A stretch of 64,000 nucleotides of DNA from NCBI RefSeq assembly GCF_026571515.1, contig NW_026864453.1:62001-126000 (forward strand), read 5' to 3'. The translations under genes and the position numbers were made by a program. This stretch comes from Ruditapes philippinarum. Its lineage: Eukaryota. The notes under the pieces are model-generated. The model made no database searches. It had not been told where the DNA came from and saw nothing but the letters and a program-made list of their open reading frames with translations. Numbering within the stretch: the stretch's first letter is position 1; every line of letters begins with the position of its first letter. Shown here in pieces: positions 1-12,029 of this stretch.

Positions 1-249
1 CTTTAACGTAAATTCTAAGTCGAAAAAGGGGCATAATTCTGTCAAAATGCTTGATAGAGTTACCTCCTCCTGTCTACAGGTTGGGGTCATGATGGTGAAC
101 AAGTGTGCAAAGTTTCAAAGCCATATGTCTATGGACTTTGAAAATATTTGAACTATTACAAAAACTTTAACATAAGTGGTTACGCCGACGCCGACGCTCG
201 GGTGACTGCAATAGCTCTACTTATTCTTATCGAATAGTCAAGCTAAAAA
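1..249 (-). mobile_element. End of a non-autonomous Helentron/HINE-type element (truncated by window start)
   Basis: Minus strand begins TTTTTAGCTTGACTATTCG...AGAGCTATTGCAGTCACC then a (CGTCGG)n microsatellite; internal GGGCATAATTCTGTCAAAA...GTTTCAAAGC module shared with the element at 1427-2305. Confidence 0.7.
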
Positions 250-693
250 TCCAGACTGCAACAGACTCTTTCAAGCACACAATATCTGGGAATTTTAAAT
301 CAATCTGTTATTTCTTCCTTAAAGCATTTTTCAAATAATTTTGCACCCAAGTGCATTATTGTATTTTGAAGTAATCTGCATGCAAAATCTGTTTTTCTAA
401 TTTGCTTCAATGGCCCTCTCTGTAAATGGCAGAAAAGCCTGCAAATGACAGGTCATGCAAAGAAAATATTAATATGTCAGTAAAACAGAGAAGTGCTTTT
501 AGTCTGAATATGATAAAATTGATAAAGAGTTATTTATGTTTCTATCGAGTTCTACATTATATTCCCTATCTTACTCTTAGATGCATCAATTTTGTATAAA
601 ATGGAGATTTTCTTGCTTTGTATTTAGAATGAACCAAGATCACATTATTGCCAACCACCAAAAGAGTAAATCTCTTAAACTACCCGATTTTGT

Positions 694-906
694 AAACCCT
701 TACCACCCTAAATATCTTTAATGGACTTGTCCATCTTTCAATATGGATTACACTATTAATTTTCTTTAGGGAAAATTTCAAAAATATGTATTGACTGAAA
801 ATCACACAGTGCAGACCATGATCAAACAGCAAAGATATGCAAGCTGATCTTGGTCTGCACTGGTTACATGAGTGCAATTGATAGCAGCCAGCAGTCTAAG
901 GTTTAA
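694..906. mobile_element. Degenerate short MITE (TTAACCCT...AGGGTTAA-type ends, internal CAGTGCAGACC...GGTCTGCACTG palindrome)
   Basis: Internal inverted repeat visible; related decayed copies at about 43835-44030, 47630-47825 and (reversed) 16240-16385. Confidence 0.55.
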
Positions 907-966
907 GCTGACCTAGGAATAAGTCAACTAGGTGCCCATGATGACATTACAACATAACAAGCTTAC

Positions 967-1027
967 CTTTCTTCTTCTTCATTTGACTGAACATTCTGAT
1001 TTTCTTTTCCCAATATTAAACTGGCAT
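967..1027 (-). CDS. Internal coding exon (61 nt) of the unidentified minus-strand gene: (D)ASLILGKENQNVQSNEEEE
   Basis: Minus strand tttttccttgtAG|ATGCCAGT...GAAGAAGAAAG|GTAAGC; open in phase 1, matching the phase-1 donor of the giant exon. Confidence 0.7.
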
Positions 1028-1426
1028 CTACAAGGAAAAATTAAGTAAATGTACATTTATGCTCATTAAATTAAAAGAGAAGTACAATTACTGGATCCAA
1101 TTAGTGCCATCTTCAACAAAACCATTAAAAGTACATGTATGTTGATTTATAAAACCTTACAAGGCTTACAGGTTTCAGATTAGGCCCTGAGTCAGAGACA
1201 GATTTTATTTTAGACAGCACTTTTTCCAAGCAAAGTTACAAAAACTTTATTGAATGTTTCTCTTTGCCTTTAAAAATCTTAAAATCCACATTCATTTCGA
1301 ATTCATACTCATCTTTTAAAATGATTCTTTTTAATAACCTCTACCTGCATTTTTAAACATCATATAAACAGAATTATACATAAATTTGTTTTATAAATTC
1401 AGTAATGTGCACTCTTATAGAACAAA

Positions 1427-2306
1427 CAAGAGCTGTCCGTAAGACAGCGCGCTCGACTTTTTTATTGCTTGCCAATAAAAAAAGTTTTTGCAGTAAAAGG
1501 CAATACAAGAATCTCTGTATTTTTAAAGTGAACAATGGCCATGAGCATTAAGATATTTAGTGAAGAATTATTTTACTGAATTGTGTGATACCCTTGAACA
1601 CTGCAGCAAAGTTTGAAATGTTTAAGTCAAAGAGGGCTGGTAAGAAAAAAAAAAAAACTGAGTTGAGCCTTAAATAAATTTAATAGTATTAAACCCACTT
1701 TGAGAGAATAAGGTATTTTTACGTCACTCAGAACACCTTGGTAAATGACATAATAACATAATTTTTCAAGAAATCTATGCCAAGGAAGCAGTATATTTTT
1801 GTACAATCAGCATAATATATAGATTTGACTTTGTATGTGAAAGTATTATAGTTACCTTATAATACAAGTAATAGATTTACCCATATTCAATGTATTTTCT
1901 AAGTCAAAAGGGGCATAATTCTGTCAAAAACCTTGACAGAGTTTATGTCCTCTTGTCTGTTGATGAAGGTCGTGATGGTAAACAAGTATGGTCAGTTTCA
2001 AAGCAATACCTCCAATGTTTTTGAAATAAAGTGAGGGGGTACAAAAAACTTTAACCAAGCTCAAAAACACTTTCTTTTGTCAAAAAAGGGGCCCTAATTT
2101 GTCAAAAACCTTGAAGAGTTTTTCTCTTTTTCTGAGATGGGGGTTTGATGGGAAAAGTTTTGGTTTTCAAAACCAACTTTTAATACCCCGAAAATAAAGT
2201 GGGGGGGTACGAAAAACTTAACCAAGGTGTGACGCCAACGCCGACGCCGACGCCGACGCCGGGGCGAGTAGGATAGCTCCCCTTTTCATAGAAAAGTCGA
2301 GCTAAT
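1427..2306 (-). mobile_element. Non-autonomous Helentron/HINE-type element
   Basis: Terminal hairpin GCTGTCCGTAAGACAGC, subterminal inverted repeats GCTCGACTTTT (about 1451) / AAAAGTCGAGC (about 2292), (CGCCGA)n microsatellite, two internal tandem units. Confidence 0.75.
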
Positions 2307-2854
2307 AAAAGGAACATTCTTTACAAATAGTGATAAAAGTACATCTCTCATTAATCAATAGTTCATGGTCAAAATGAAGCTGGAAACCAATAAATGAATA
2401 AGCTTATTTTGTCTATTTGAGTTATCTATTAATACATTGAAAGACCAGGAACTGGAGTATACTAAACATGAAAAGTTTTCTGCTTGTTGGGTGTAATTGC
2501 TATAGCTGGCAAACTGTCTTGTACAAAAAAAAACCTGCATAATCAAATTTTCATATGTTCGTTTCTCAAGAGTTTAAATGAAGTGTTCCTGATAATTCAA
2601 AGTGAATGGAATAAATCAATTCCTTATAAAATTTGATAATGCTCTTTTTATCAAGTGGGTAACAGTTACTAAGCAACCATTTTGTAGTTGCATATCTGAT
2701 TTTCATGATTATTCATACACATTAATCTTTGAAATTTTATTACTTAGGTATTGATTCTTATCTTAAAGCGAACAAGCATTCTGTTGATTACAGGATTGGT
2801 TTTGAATAGCTTTATACCCTTTAAGATAATGGAAAGACTTTCAATTGACTGTAC

Positions 2855-4690
2855 CTTCATGTTTTGCTGTTATATCATCCACATTTCCATTCCTGTCTAC
2901 TTCTGTACCATTGCAATGCTTACTTGCATTGACCTTACCACTTTTCTCTTCAAGGACCTTTCTTACAGTCATATTATCTCCTTCAGAATCTGCACTCATT
3001 CCTACCTTACATATGTCAGTAGAGTCATTATGTTCAAAACTTTCTAATTCTTTCTTATCACTCTCAGTTAATCCACTATCAGTGCATCCTTTAGACTGAA
3101 GGTCTGGTAAACTGTATAAAGAAATTTCTTTACCCTTTTGTACACATGAAAATCCACAAGAGTTATGGCACAGAATGCGAGACTTTATGTTGGTGTTGTT
3201 TGTTAAGTTAGGAAGTCTTTTCCGATAACAATCTATTTTCGACTTCACAAAATCCCTTCCTCTTACTAAAACATTTTTTGCCTTGCTTAATTTTGATTTA
3301 GGCTCTTCATCAAACTCTAATTTCTGGAAGTCTTCACAAGTTACAAAGTTATCGCAGCTGTCAAGTTGAAAAGAACGTGCTGAAAAGAATGTCCCGCTAG
3401 TTTCAGCTGTATAAAAACTTGCTTTGGAAGATAAAGTTGTACTTCTACTACTTGAAAATCGTTCCTCAGACAATATTCTAGGTGTCCATGTCAAAGTTTT
3501 CTTGATTCTCTTCACCACCGGTGTTCCAATCCCTGAACAAGTATTATCCAAAGAATAAAATGACTCAAAAGCAGAAATATCACTCTCTGTCTCGTCTTTA
3601 ACCATAGACTGTGTCTGAAAATACTTCAGAATCTTCACTTCATTATTGCACTGTTCAGAACTTTTATCTGTCACCTTATCTACACAAATAGGAGATTCTT
3701 TTTCAGCAGTTTCAAGTTCAAGCTTATTATCAGTATTACCACCACTGTCCTTTTCAACTTTTTCAGCAGAATCTGCACTTTCTTTACCAGTTTTACAACA
3801 ACTACCTATGCAATTTTTATCATCTGTGTTATTTTCAGTACCATTAAGTAAATCACTCTCTGAATACTGCGTACACAGATAATCTCCTTCTTCATCAGAT
3901 ATTGTATTAATAGAGGTAGAATCAATATTCACATCTAAACTATCACCAAGAAAGTTTTCATCAGATCCTGTTCTCTTTAATGAATTTAATACATAGCCAC
4001 TTGAACACACAAAATCTTTCTTGCTTCCTTCATAATTGACTTCAGAGCCTTCTTCAGTTATTGTAGGAGCAAGGTGAAATATTACTGCTGTACTTTTAGT
4101 TTCATTAATATAATCAGAAACGTTTGTAAACAGCTCAGAGTTATTGGTGTTAGTCTTATTGCCACAATTTATTTCAACAGTTAAGTCCTTTGGTAAAGCT
4201 TCTCCCTGATCTGAAGAAGTAGTAGCTAACTCTCTGACCTTACCATCAGATGTAGTTTTGCATTGCTTCTTTTTTCTATTTATTTCTCCACAAACTACTT
4301 CTTCATCAGTTAACTCTTGAGAACAATATTTGGTTGAAGTGTGTTTTGAATTTATCTTATTGCTTTGATTGCAGGAATATTCAGATCCAATTTTATCAGT
4401 ATTTATTTCATCACCACCTGAAAGAGCCTGACCAATCACAGCAGTATCTGTCTCTTTATCAGCCTCAGATAAATCCTCACTAAAGGAAAAGTACTGGGAA
4501 AGTTTTGGGGATAATGAGGGGGAAGACAAGGGGGAGTTTTTACTCCTATCTCTTTTCACATATTTGTTTTCAGCAGATTCGTTTACAACTATTGCTGAGT
4601 CTGCAGTTTTGTTACATTGCTTGTATGGTGAATCACATTGTCGAGGATCTGTGACCTTGTCTTCTTGAATGGTAAGTGTCTCTGATTTAT
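2855..4690 (-). CDS. Giant internal coding exon (1836 nt, 612 codons), acidic Ser/Thr/Asn/Lys-rich low-complexity protein region; gene family not recognised
   Basis: 626-aa ORF in very AT-rich DNA; acceptor atttcttttacAG at 4691-4692 and donor GAAG|GTACAG at 2854, just before the ORF stop; both ends phase 1 and length divisible by 3. Confidence 0.8.
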
Positions 4691-5521
4691 CTGTAAAAGA
4701 AATTAAAATAAGGTAACTCAATTAAGAAAAAGCAGGTAATAGTAAATACGAGGCTGTAATAAAACCAATACAATATATAATTTAATTATAAGATTTTTTT
4801 TCTGCAATTTCTGTCACTATTCAGATTTGCTTAAAAGTTATAAGTATCAATTTGTAAAAAAAATATCTGAAGTAAATTAAAAATAACACAATGTATTAGA
4901 TATAAAAGAATAAGTTTAATTAAATAATGCTTATTAAAATATAATAATTTCATAAACATTTTGGGTTTTTCTACATTTTGTTCTAGCTGATCAGTGGGTA
5001 CAACTACAGTTACAGCTACGAAAGTAAGCACAACAGTTTGACTAATCTATTGTGTATGACAAAGCAGCGTGGAGCTGTAAAAGTTTGTTTGTACCGGCAG
5101 ATTAGATATAACATCTATTGAAAAACAATATTGCTGTGCACATTTATCTGTTAACCTACATTAAAGTCCAAATTATATTCCTATAAAATGTTTAAAATTT
5201 TTCGTCTCATTCAGGATTAGGTTGAGCTGTAGAATAAATGAAACAGCAAGACATCAGACAACAGTTATCCACATAGTTACACTATGTATGCCACAATTCT
5301 AAATATAAACACCACAGTGACAAAACAAATTTTACACTTCACAGGAGCTCTACAAAAAATAAGCAAATCTAAGTACACCAGTAACATCATAGAATAAGAT
5401 ATGAATAAAATTGTAGCCAACACAGCATGCTAAATTAAATATTAAATGCAAAATTTATACATGTACCTATTTGATTAAATCATGTTGAGGACATTATATT
5501 GTACTACTGGGATCGACATTA

Positions 5522-6277
5522 GGCCGTGTCTACACCTATTCAAGTTTCTTACATGTCACATTTAGATAAGCTAAATAAATGGCCCTTTCAACATTTTTTC
5601 AGGCACAATTTTTACTGAAATGTCTCATTAAGATAGCCCAGGATTTATACCTTTGTCTTTGCAAGACTATCATGTTTCTGTAAAATATGTGAAAAAGAGC
5701 GGGAAAATGATGCAATTAGCTAAAACAGAATGGAGTAAATGAAATGCGTTCATTCTTTTTAAAATTGAAAAAATGTGACAAAAATTTATTTTGATGCAAA
5801 TTCTTTATTTGATGAAATTTATTCACTAAATGAACAAGATCATTTTAAATCCATTTTGACTCTACTTGAAAAAGAGCTCTTTTTTAGTTTTTTACAATGT
5901 ATTTATTTATTTATTTTTTTTTTTTTGCTCTTCTGTGTATCAGCGTATTGATTTGTTCCTTTGACCAAGACATTGTATCATTTACTGAAATTCAAAGGCA
6001 TGTACACTGAATCAGTAACAAAAAGTCAGAAAAATAATAAAAATTACAGCACTATCAAACCTTCGGGGCACATGTTTTGTGTCAAACCGGTGTTATCAGT
6101 GTCTTGACAGCCAAAAACTTGTAGAAAAATAGAACGTGTTCTAACTTTCTTGCAAGAAATTATCTTCTTGGATGTCACATAATTTCTCTTTAAAACTCAT
6201 TCAAGTAGGGTGTCTACACTATCCAATACAAGAGAATATGATACTTGCATTCAAGACTTGGATAGGTGTAGACGGGC
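5522..6277. mobile_element. MITE copy 1, PIF/Harbinger-like
   Basis: TIRs GGCCGTGTCTACACCTATTCAAGT / ACTTGGATAGGTGTAGACGGGC with TTA/TAA flanks. Confidence 0.75.
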
Positions 6278-6292
6278 TAACACCAGGTCTTA

Positions 6293-7063
6293 GGCCGTGT
6301 CTACACCTATTCAAGTTTCTTACATGTCACATTTAGATAAGCTAAATAAATGGCCCTTTCAACATTTTTTCAGGCACAATTTTTACTGAAATGTCTCATT
6401 AAGATAGCCCAGGATTTATACCTTTGTCTTTGCAAGACTATCATGTTTCTGTAAAATATGTGGAAAAAAAAGCGGGAAAATGATGCAATTAGCTAAAACA
6501 GAATGGAGTAAATGAAATGCGTTCATTCTTTTTTAAAATTGAAAAAATGTGACAAAAAAATTATTTTGATGCAAAATCTTAATTTGATTTTATTTAATGA
6601 AAGTTATTCACTAAATGAACAAGATCATTTTAAATCCATTTTGACCCTACTTGAAAAAGAGCTCTTTTTTATTTTTTTACAATGTAAATTATTTTTATTT
6701 ATTTATTTTTTTGCTCTTCTGTGTATCAGCGTATTGGTTTGTTCCTTTGACCAAGACATTGTAATCATTTACTGAAATTCAAAGGGCATGTTCACTGAAT
6801 CAACAACAAAAAGTCAGAAAATAATAAAAATAACAGCACTATCAAACTTTCGGGCACATGTTTTGTGTCAAACCGGTGTTATCAGTATCTTGACAGCCAA
6901 AAACTTGTAGAAAAATAGAACGTGTTCTAAATTTCTTGCAAGGAATTATCTTCTTGGATGTCACATAATTTCTCTTTAAAACTCATTCAAGTAGGGTGTC
7001 TACACTATCCAATACAAGAGAATATGATACTTGCATTCAAGACTTGGATAGGTGTAGACGGCC
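6293..7063. mobile_element. MITE copy 2, same family and orientation as copy 1
   Basis: Near-identical to 5522-6277 with scattered substitutions and indels; same TIRs. Confidence 0.75.
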
Positions 7064-7234
7064 TCTTATTATGTTTCAAACTGACAAAAATACAGAATAC
7101 AATTAACCTCATCTTATGTTTGTTTTGTTTGGTTTGTTGTTTTGTTGGTTTTTTTTCTTCTGATTTTAACATATTTTTGCAATATTCTGGTGGTCAATTA
7201 GACTAGATGTCATAGATTAGTAACTGTTGTGAGA

Positions 7235-7320
7235 AGAAATTTCACCTCCCCGGGATCGAACCTGTTAGTGCTGGATTATAAAGATCTGATACTCTACCTA
7301 TTGAGCTTAAAGTGGGCGCA
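7235..7320 (-). mobile_element. Decayed tRNA-derived SINE head
   Basis: Minus strand shows A-box-like AGCTCAATAGGTAGAG and B-box GGTTCGATCCC. Confidence 0.5.
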
Positions 7321-8317
7321 CCACCCCTACCCTTCATTGAGAACTATAAATGAACATGAGTAATTAAATACATTTTTGTAAATTTAATCTCAAAAGTGAA
7401 AGTTTTTTAAGGGTCAAGATCATAAATTATTGAATTAACATAAAATGGTCACAATTCTGACAAAATTCATGAAGTTCCAACAACATGCACTAGGAAACTA
7501 AAATAATGACAACCATTCTGTGGAAGTTTGGCTGAGATCCGAGTTGTTGCGGATGGAAAAATTGTTGCCAGCCGTCGCACCAGAAGCTAGCCCCGACGAA
7601 AGTTTTAAAGTTTAAATGACCACTTTTAAGCTAATTAAAAAAAACAACAATTTAATACTTTATCACAGTTTATGAAGAAGAAAAAAATAATTACATTACA
7701 ATACCTTGGCTTTTTAAAGTATAAAATTTCTGCTTGTACAGGTAGCTTCATGCAATAAATTCAACTATTATTATATAAATTCCTTTGGTTTAAACTTTCA
7801 CTTCAATATATGTACCAATTGTCAACAAAAGAAAAAAACATTACATAATTTACATAATAACATATCATATATTTATCACATAATCCGGCCTTTAATACAG
7901 AATTACGTCTTTTAATATTTTGGATATATAATAATAACTTACCACCTAAAAGGAATATTATAAAGCGTATAACAGCATGTCAACCAACTTATCAAATAAA
8001 CCAGACAAATAGATATTTAATTTGAAAAGCTTTGCAAATATTTGAATAATCAAATATGAAATTTTACTGCCTTTCTACAATTATATCCACAGGTTTGAGT
8101 GTTCAACAATTTTTAAAGGGGTACACAAAAATAAATCCTTTAATCATCTTTTTTTACAGGACACATCTTCATATTTCTAGCCTGTTTTTTCTTTGCTTTA
8201 TTAAAGCATGAATAATATTAAGGTAGAAAACTGTTTAATTTTAGAAATTGTCAGCAGTTATATGTTTGTTTTCTTCTCCATTTACATTTAAACCTGTGTG
8301 CCCCAAGTTTTTATGCA

Positions 8318-8790
8318 AAAATAAGATTTTAGTACTTTACTGCAGTGTTTTTGGGGCCGCTGTTGCGCAAGCGCCCCCAATGGTATTACAATAAATCAGC
8401 TTACTACCATTTGAACACATCTCTATTATAAGCTATCTGCACTGGACAAAACAGGTCCAAGACTTTTCCATGATATACAGGAACTCATAATAACCCTTTC
8501 CACTTTAAACTTGACTGGCCAATTAACTACTTTAAATTTAATTTCTTCTTGTTTTTAATTTTATACAAGAATAAGATTTTAGTACTTTACAGCATTGTTT
8601 TTGGGGGCGCTTGACCCCAATGGTGTTACCATAAATCAGCTTACTACCATTTAAACACATCTCTATTATTAGCTATCACTGCTGGACAAAATAGGTCCAA
8701 GACTTTGCCATGATAAACAGGAAATCATGATAACCCTTTCCACTTGAAAACTGCCTGGCCAATTAACTACTAAAATTTAATTCCTTCTTG
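8318..8790. repeat. Diverged tandem duplication of an approximately 250-bp unit
   Basis: AATAAGATTTTAGTACTTTAC...TGGCCAATTAACTAC occurs at about 8320 and about 8570. Confidence 0.8.
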
Positions 8791-9061
8791 TACAAAATTA
8801 CATATATTACTGCTTTAGGTTTTTTTAATATTACTATGCAAGCAGTCAATGAATTTTTTATTATTATAATGGCATATATAATAAAATCAATGTTTCATTA
8901 TAACACAGTAATTTTGTTTATCATTTTAATGCTTATTATAAAGATATTACACATTCTCACCACCTGTTTCTAGGATGTACAGAAGATCAAACTAAAGTTA
9001 ATTGTCTATTTAAGAATAATCTTATTGTAATACATGTAATCATTAAATAAAATCTAAGTTT

Positions 9062-9418
9062 AAGGCCCATTATGCCTCAAAAATGCTATAATTTGTATTT
9101 CTCAGAAACTGTTTATTTTTGATATCTTGTTATAGTTTCCTAGAACATACTCATCTGCTATATATACATGAACTATCTTTTGCATCTTTAATCTTTAGTT
9201 CTGTTAATTTACAATTTGTATAATTCTATGTTGAATAAGTATTTTGCATGGAAGTCAAAATACTACTTTGTTTATATTTTGTTACCTGAACGACACATAA
9301 TTGGATGTTTAGCGCTACTTTTATCAGTCGCACAACATCTAACATGCTGTTAATCCCTAATTTGAACAAAATTCTAAAGAAATTAAAAGATATGAATATC
9401 TGAGGCATACTGTGCCTT
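9062..9418. mobile_element. MITE with 18-bp TIRs and TTAA-like flanks (Kolobok-like)
   Basis: AAGGCCCATTATGCCTCA ... TGAGGCATACTGTGCCTT, 2 mismatches. Confidence 0.6.
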
Positions 9419-10246
9419 TAACAGATTTTAAAAGATTTATATACTCCTTGAATGCAATATGTTGTTTTTTTATGACATTCATTGGTGACTACAAGTATTT
9501 ACATGCCCACATAAAGGTACCAACTTCCACACATATAAATAACTGTGTATGACGCAACAATTCAAGTATTTGAAATTTAAAGGAAATATCAAATTCCTTG
9601 AAAACACAAATTACACATTACCATAATGGTATGTAAACCTTTGGGCAAATATCTGAATTAATGATGTAAACAAGAATGAAATTAGGAACAAACAAACAAT
9701 TAAACCAAAAAAAAAAATCTAAGTAATATACTTCACTATGATTTCACAAAAATATGTGTGCAATGAATTCTTTGGTAAGCCACATATTATGAGAAGAATT
9801 TGAAAGCAAATCAAAATACCAGAGCCTTAAAATATTAATTCACAAAAACATATGCTCTGCAAATAAAATATTTCCATCCCTTAGGAAAAAATATCAAATA
9901 ATTAATAATGAAAATAACATGAACAGCTCAAAGCAATATTGTTGTATCTTATCTTTGAAGCAGACTGAGTTAAAACAATGTTGCACTGAGTCCTCATTAT
10001 CTAAATAATTTATATATACATGTATATTAAACTGATACAAAATTATCATACCACAGAATAAAATCTAAAACCGTCATTTCAATAATGTGGCACTCACCTG
10101 AGAAAGACAGTTCAAGAATAGGAAAACAATTAAAGTAAAATCATATACTTGACACTGGAAGTTAATTAACTTAAGTGTACATTGTTCATGTATAACTTTG
10201 ATGGCCTAGATAAGTGACAATTATTATGTCTGACATTTGTTTTATT

Positions 10247-10291
10247 AAGCTCCGCCCCACATTCATACAAGCTCCGCCCCACATTCATACA
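10247..10291 (-). promoter_or_regulatory. Tandem duplicated GC boxes (GGGGCGGAGC x2), possible internal promoter of the minus-strand gene
   Basis: AAGCTCCGCCCCACATTCATAC repeated twice about 150 nt upstream of a consensus minus-strand donor at 10097. Confidence 0.3.
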
Positions 10292-12029
10292 GATATCACT
10301 TATTGTTTTGTTTTTTATATACAACATAAACTACCGGTACACTGTTTTTTATTTTGACCTTTTTGATATTCCCTTCATAGTAAACAGCTTCTAAACATTA
10401 AATTAATAGAGTAATTTTTAATGTAACCACTTAAAGGCTTAAGAAAAATTAATTATACCTATAAACTGTAGTAAGAGATTCGTGTTTGTTAATCTACATT
10501 AATGAAATTGAATCTTAACCTTGCCAGGCACAGCCCAGTGACAATTTTTAGAGAATAAATGCTGACTTAACAAAACACTTAAGCTACTTACCATTTAGTT
10601 ACCATATTGTTTCCATATATAACCTCCCCTTTAATTAGCGCCCCCTAATACATTAGTAGAAGAAAAAAAATCAAGTCATTTTTCATTCGATTAAATCAGT
10701 CCAGATTTGGTGTTGATTGGACAAAATATCATTTTAATCACTTACAATAAGATAAGCTTATTTACTGTCTGATATAATCTTTAATGTAAATTATTCCATA
10801 TGACACATGAATTGTCTAAATATTTCACAAGGTAGTAATTTCAGTATAAACAAACAATGCATTTGCAACCAGCATTTTTATTAATCCACTAACATATCAT
10901 TTTATCCCGTATAAAGTTTTTCTAGTCCAGTATTAAAAATCTTACGAATATTTAAAAATCATAATGATATACTGTGATTAAACCAAGCCATATTAATTCT
11001 CACATAATTTTCACATTATTTTCATACATGTACCTGTCACGAAACTTCAAAATCCACATTTATCCTTTCCGCATGTTTTGACAGTAAAGAACCTTAGTCT
11101 TCCATATTATTCTGTGATGTAATTTCACATAAATATAAAGAGACAATACACTTAATACACTATATAAATTAGTTAATCCAATTCCGTCGCTTAATACCTA
11201 CATGTTTTTTTACTTCTTTTTTTAAACTTTCGATGTATGGTAAATTAACATCTGTCTTACCATGAAGTAAAAATAAGTATGAAAATCAAGTCAAAACTAC
11301 CTGTTCATGTATAAAGCAGTTAAAACATTACATAATGCAAAGTGATGTATGATTATGCACGCAAACAACATTTCACCATATATGAACACATTCAATCAAC
11401 TACAACATCTTCCCCTTCCACAGTTCACTGACAATTTAAACACACTTAAGAAATTATACCAAGGAAAACACATTTACACATACATTTAACATGCAATCAC
11501 GACAAAAAACAAACAAAATAAAACAGACGATAAAAATGCGATTTCGTAATTAAAATTAAGGATAAATCGCACACAAGAGAGCAACAGAGTCAAATTAATG
11601 AAATGTTTAGGAAGAAATAATCAAGACATTAATGCTCGGAGACATATAAATGCCTGAGGCATGTTGATAATTAAACAAAGGGGAGTTTTTATTACGAAAT
11701 AATTCTGTAATTAGTAGAATGACCTTACTATTGTCATACGATCATCAAAAACCAAATCATATAATTGATATTGACAAGTGACGATATAGGTCACCCATGT
11801 TCATCAGTCTTAAACATTCAGGTGATTATAAAAAAATTGTTTGTTTCATACACAATAATTCTAATAAACATATTCATACAATAATAATACCATATTGTTT
11901 CCACTGAATGCACCCCTTCCCAATTTCCTCTAATCAACATCCAATTCCACTACCACAATTTATAGAAGAAGCAATCTTAACTTATAGAAAGTAATGAAGA
12001 TTTATAATCCATAATGAAAGAGCAATAAA

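Noticed and set aside
2060-2225. Apparently hyper-diverged repeat unit (similar texture at about 29560-29660 and 55380-55620)
   Set aside because: Homopolymer-biased differences look like low-quality consensus sequence rather than biology
2751-3882. Plus-strand ORFs overlapping the giant exon
   Set aside because: Antisense shadows of the real coding strand
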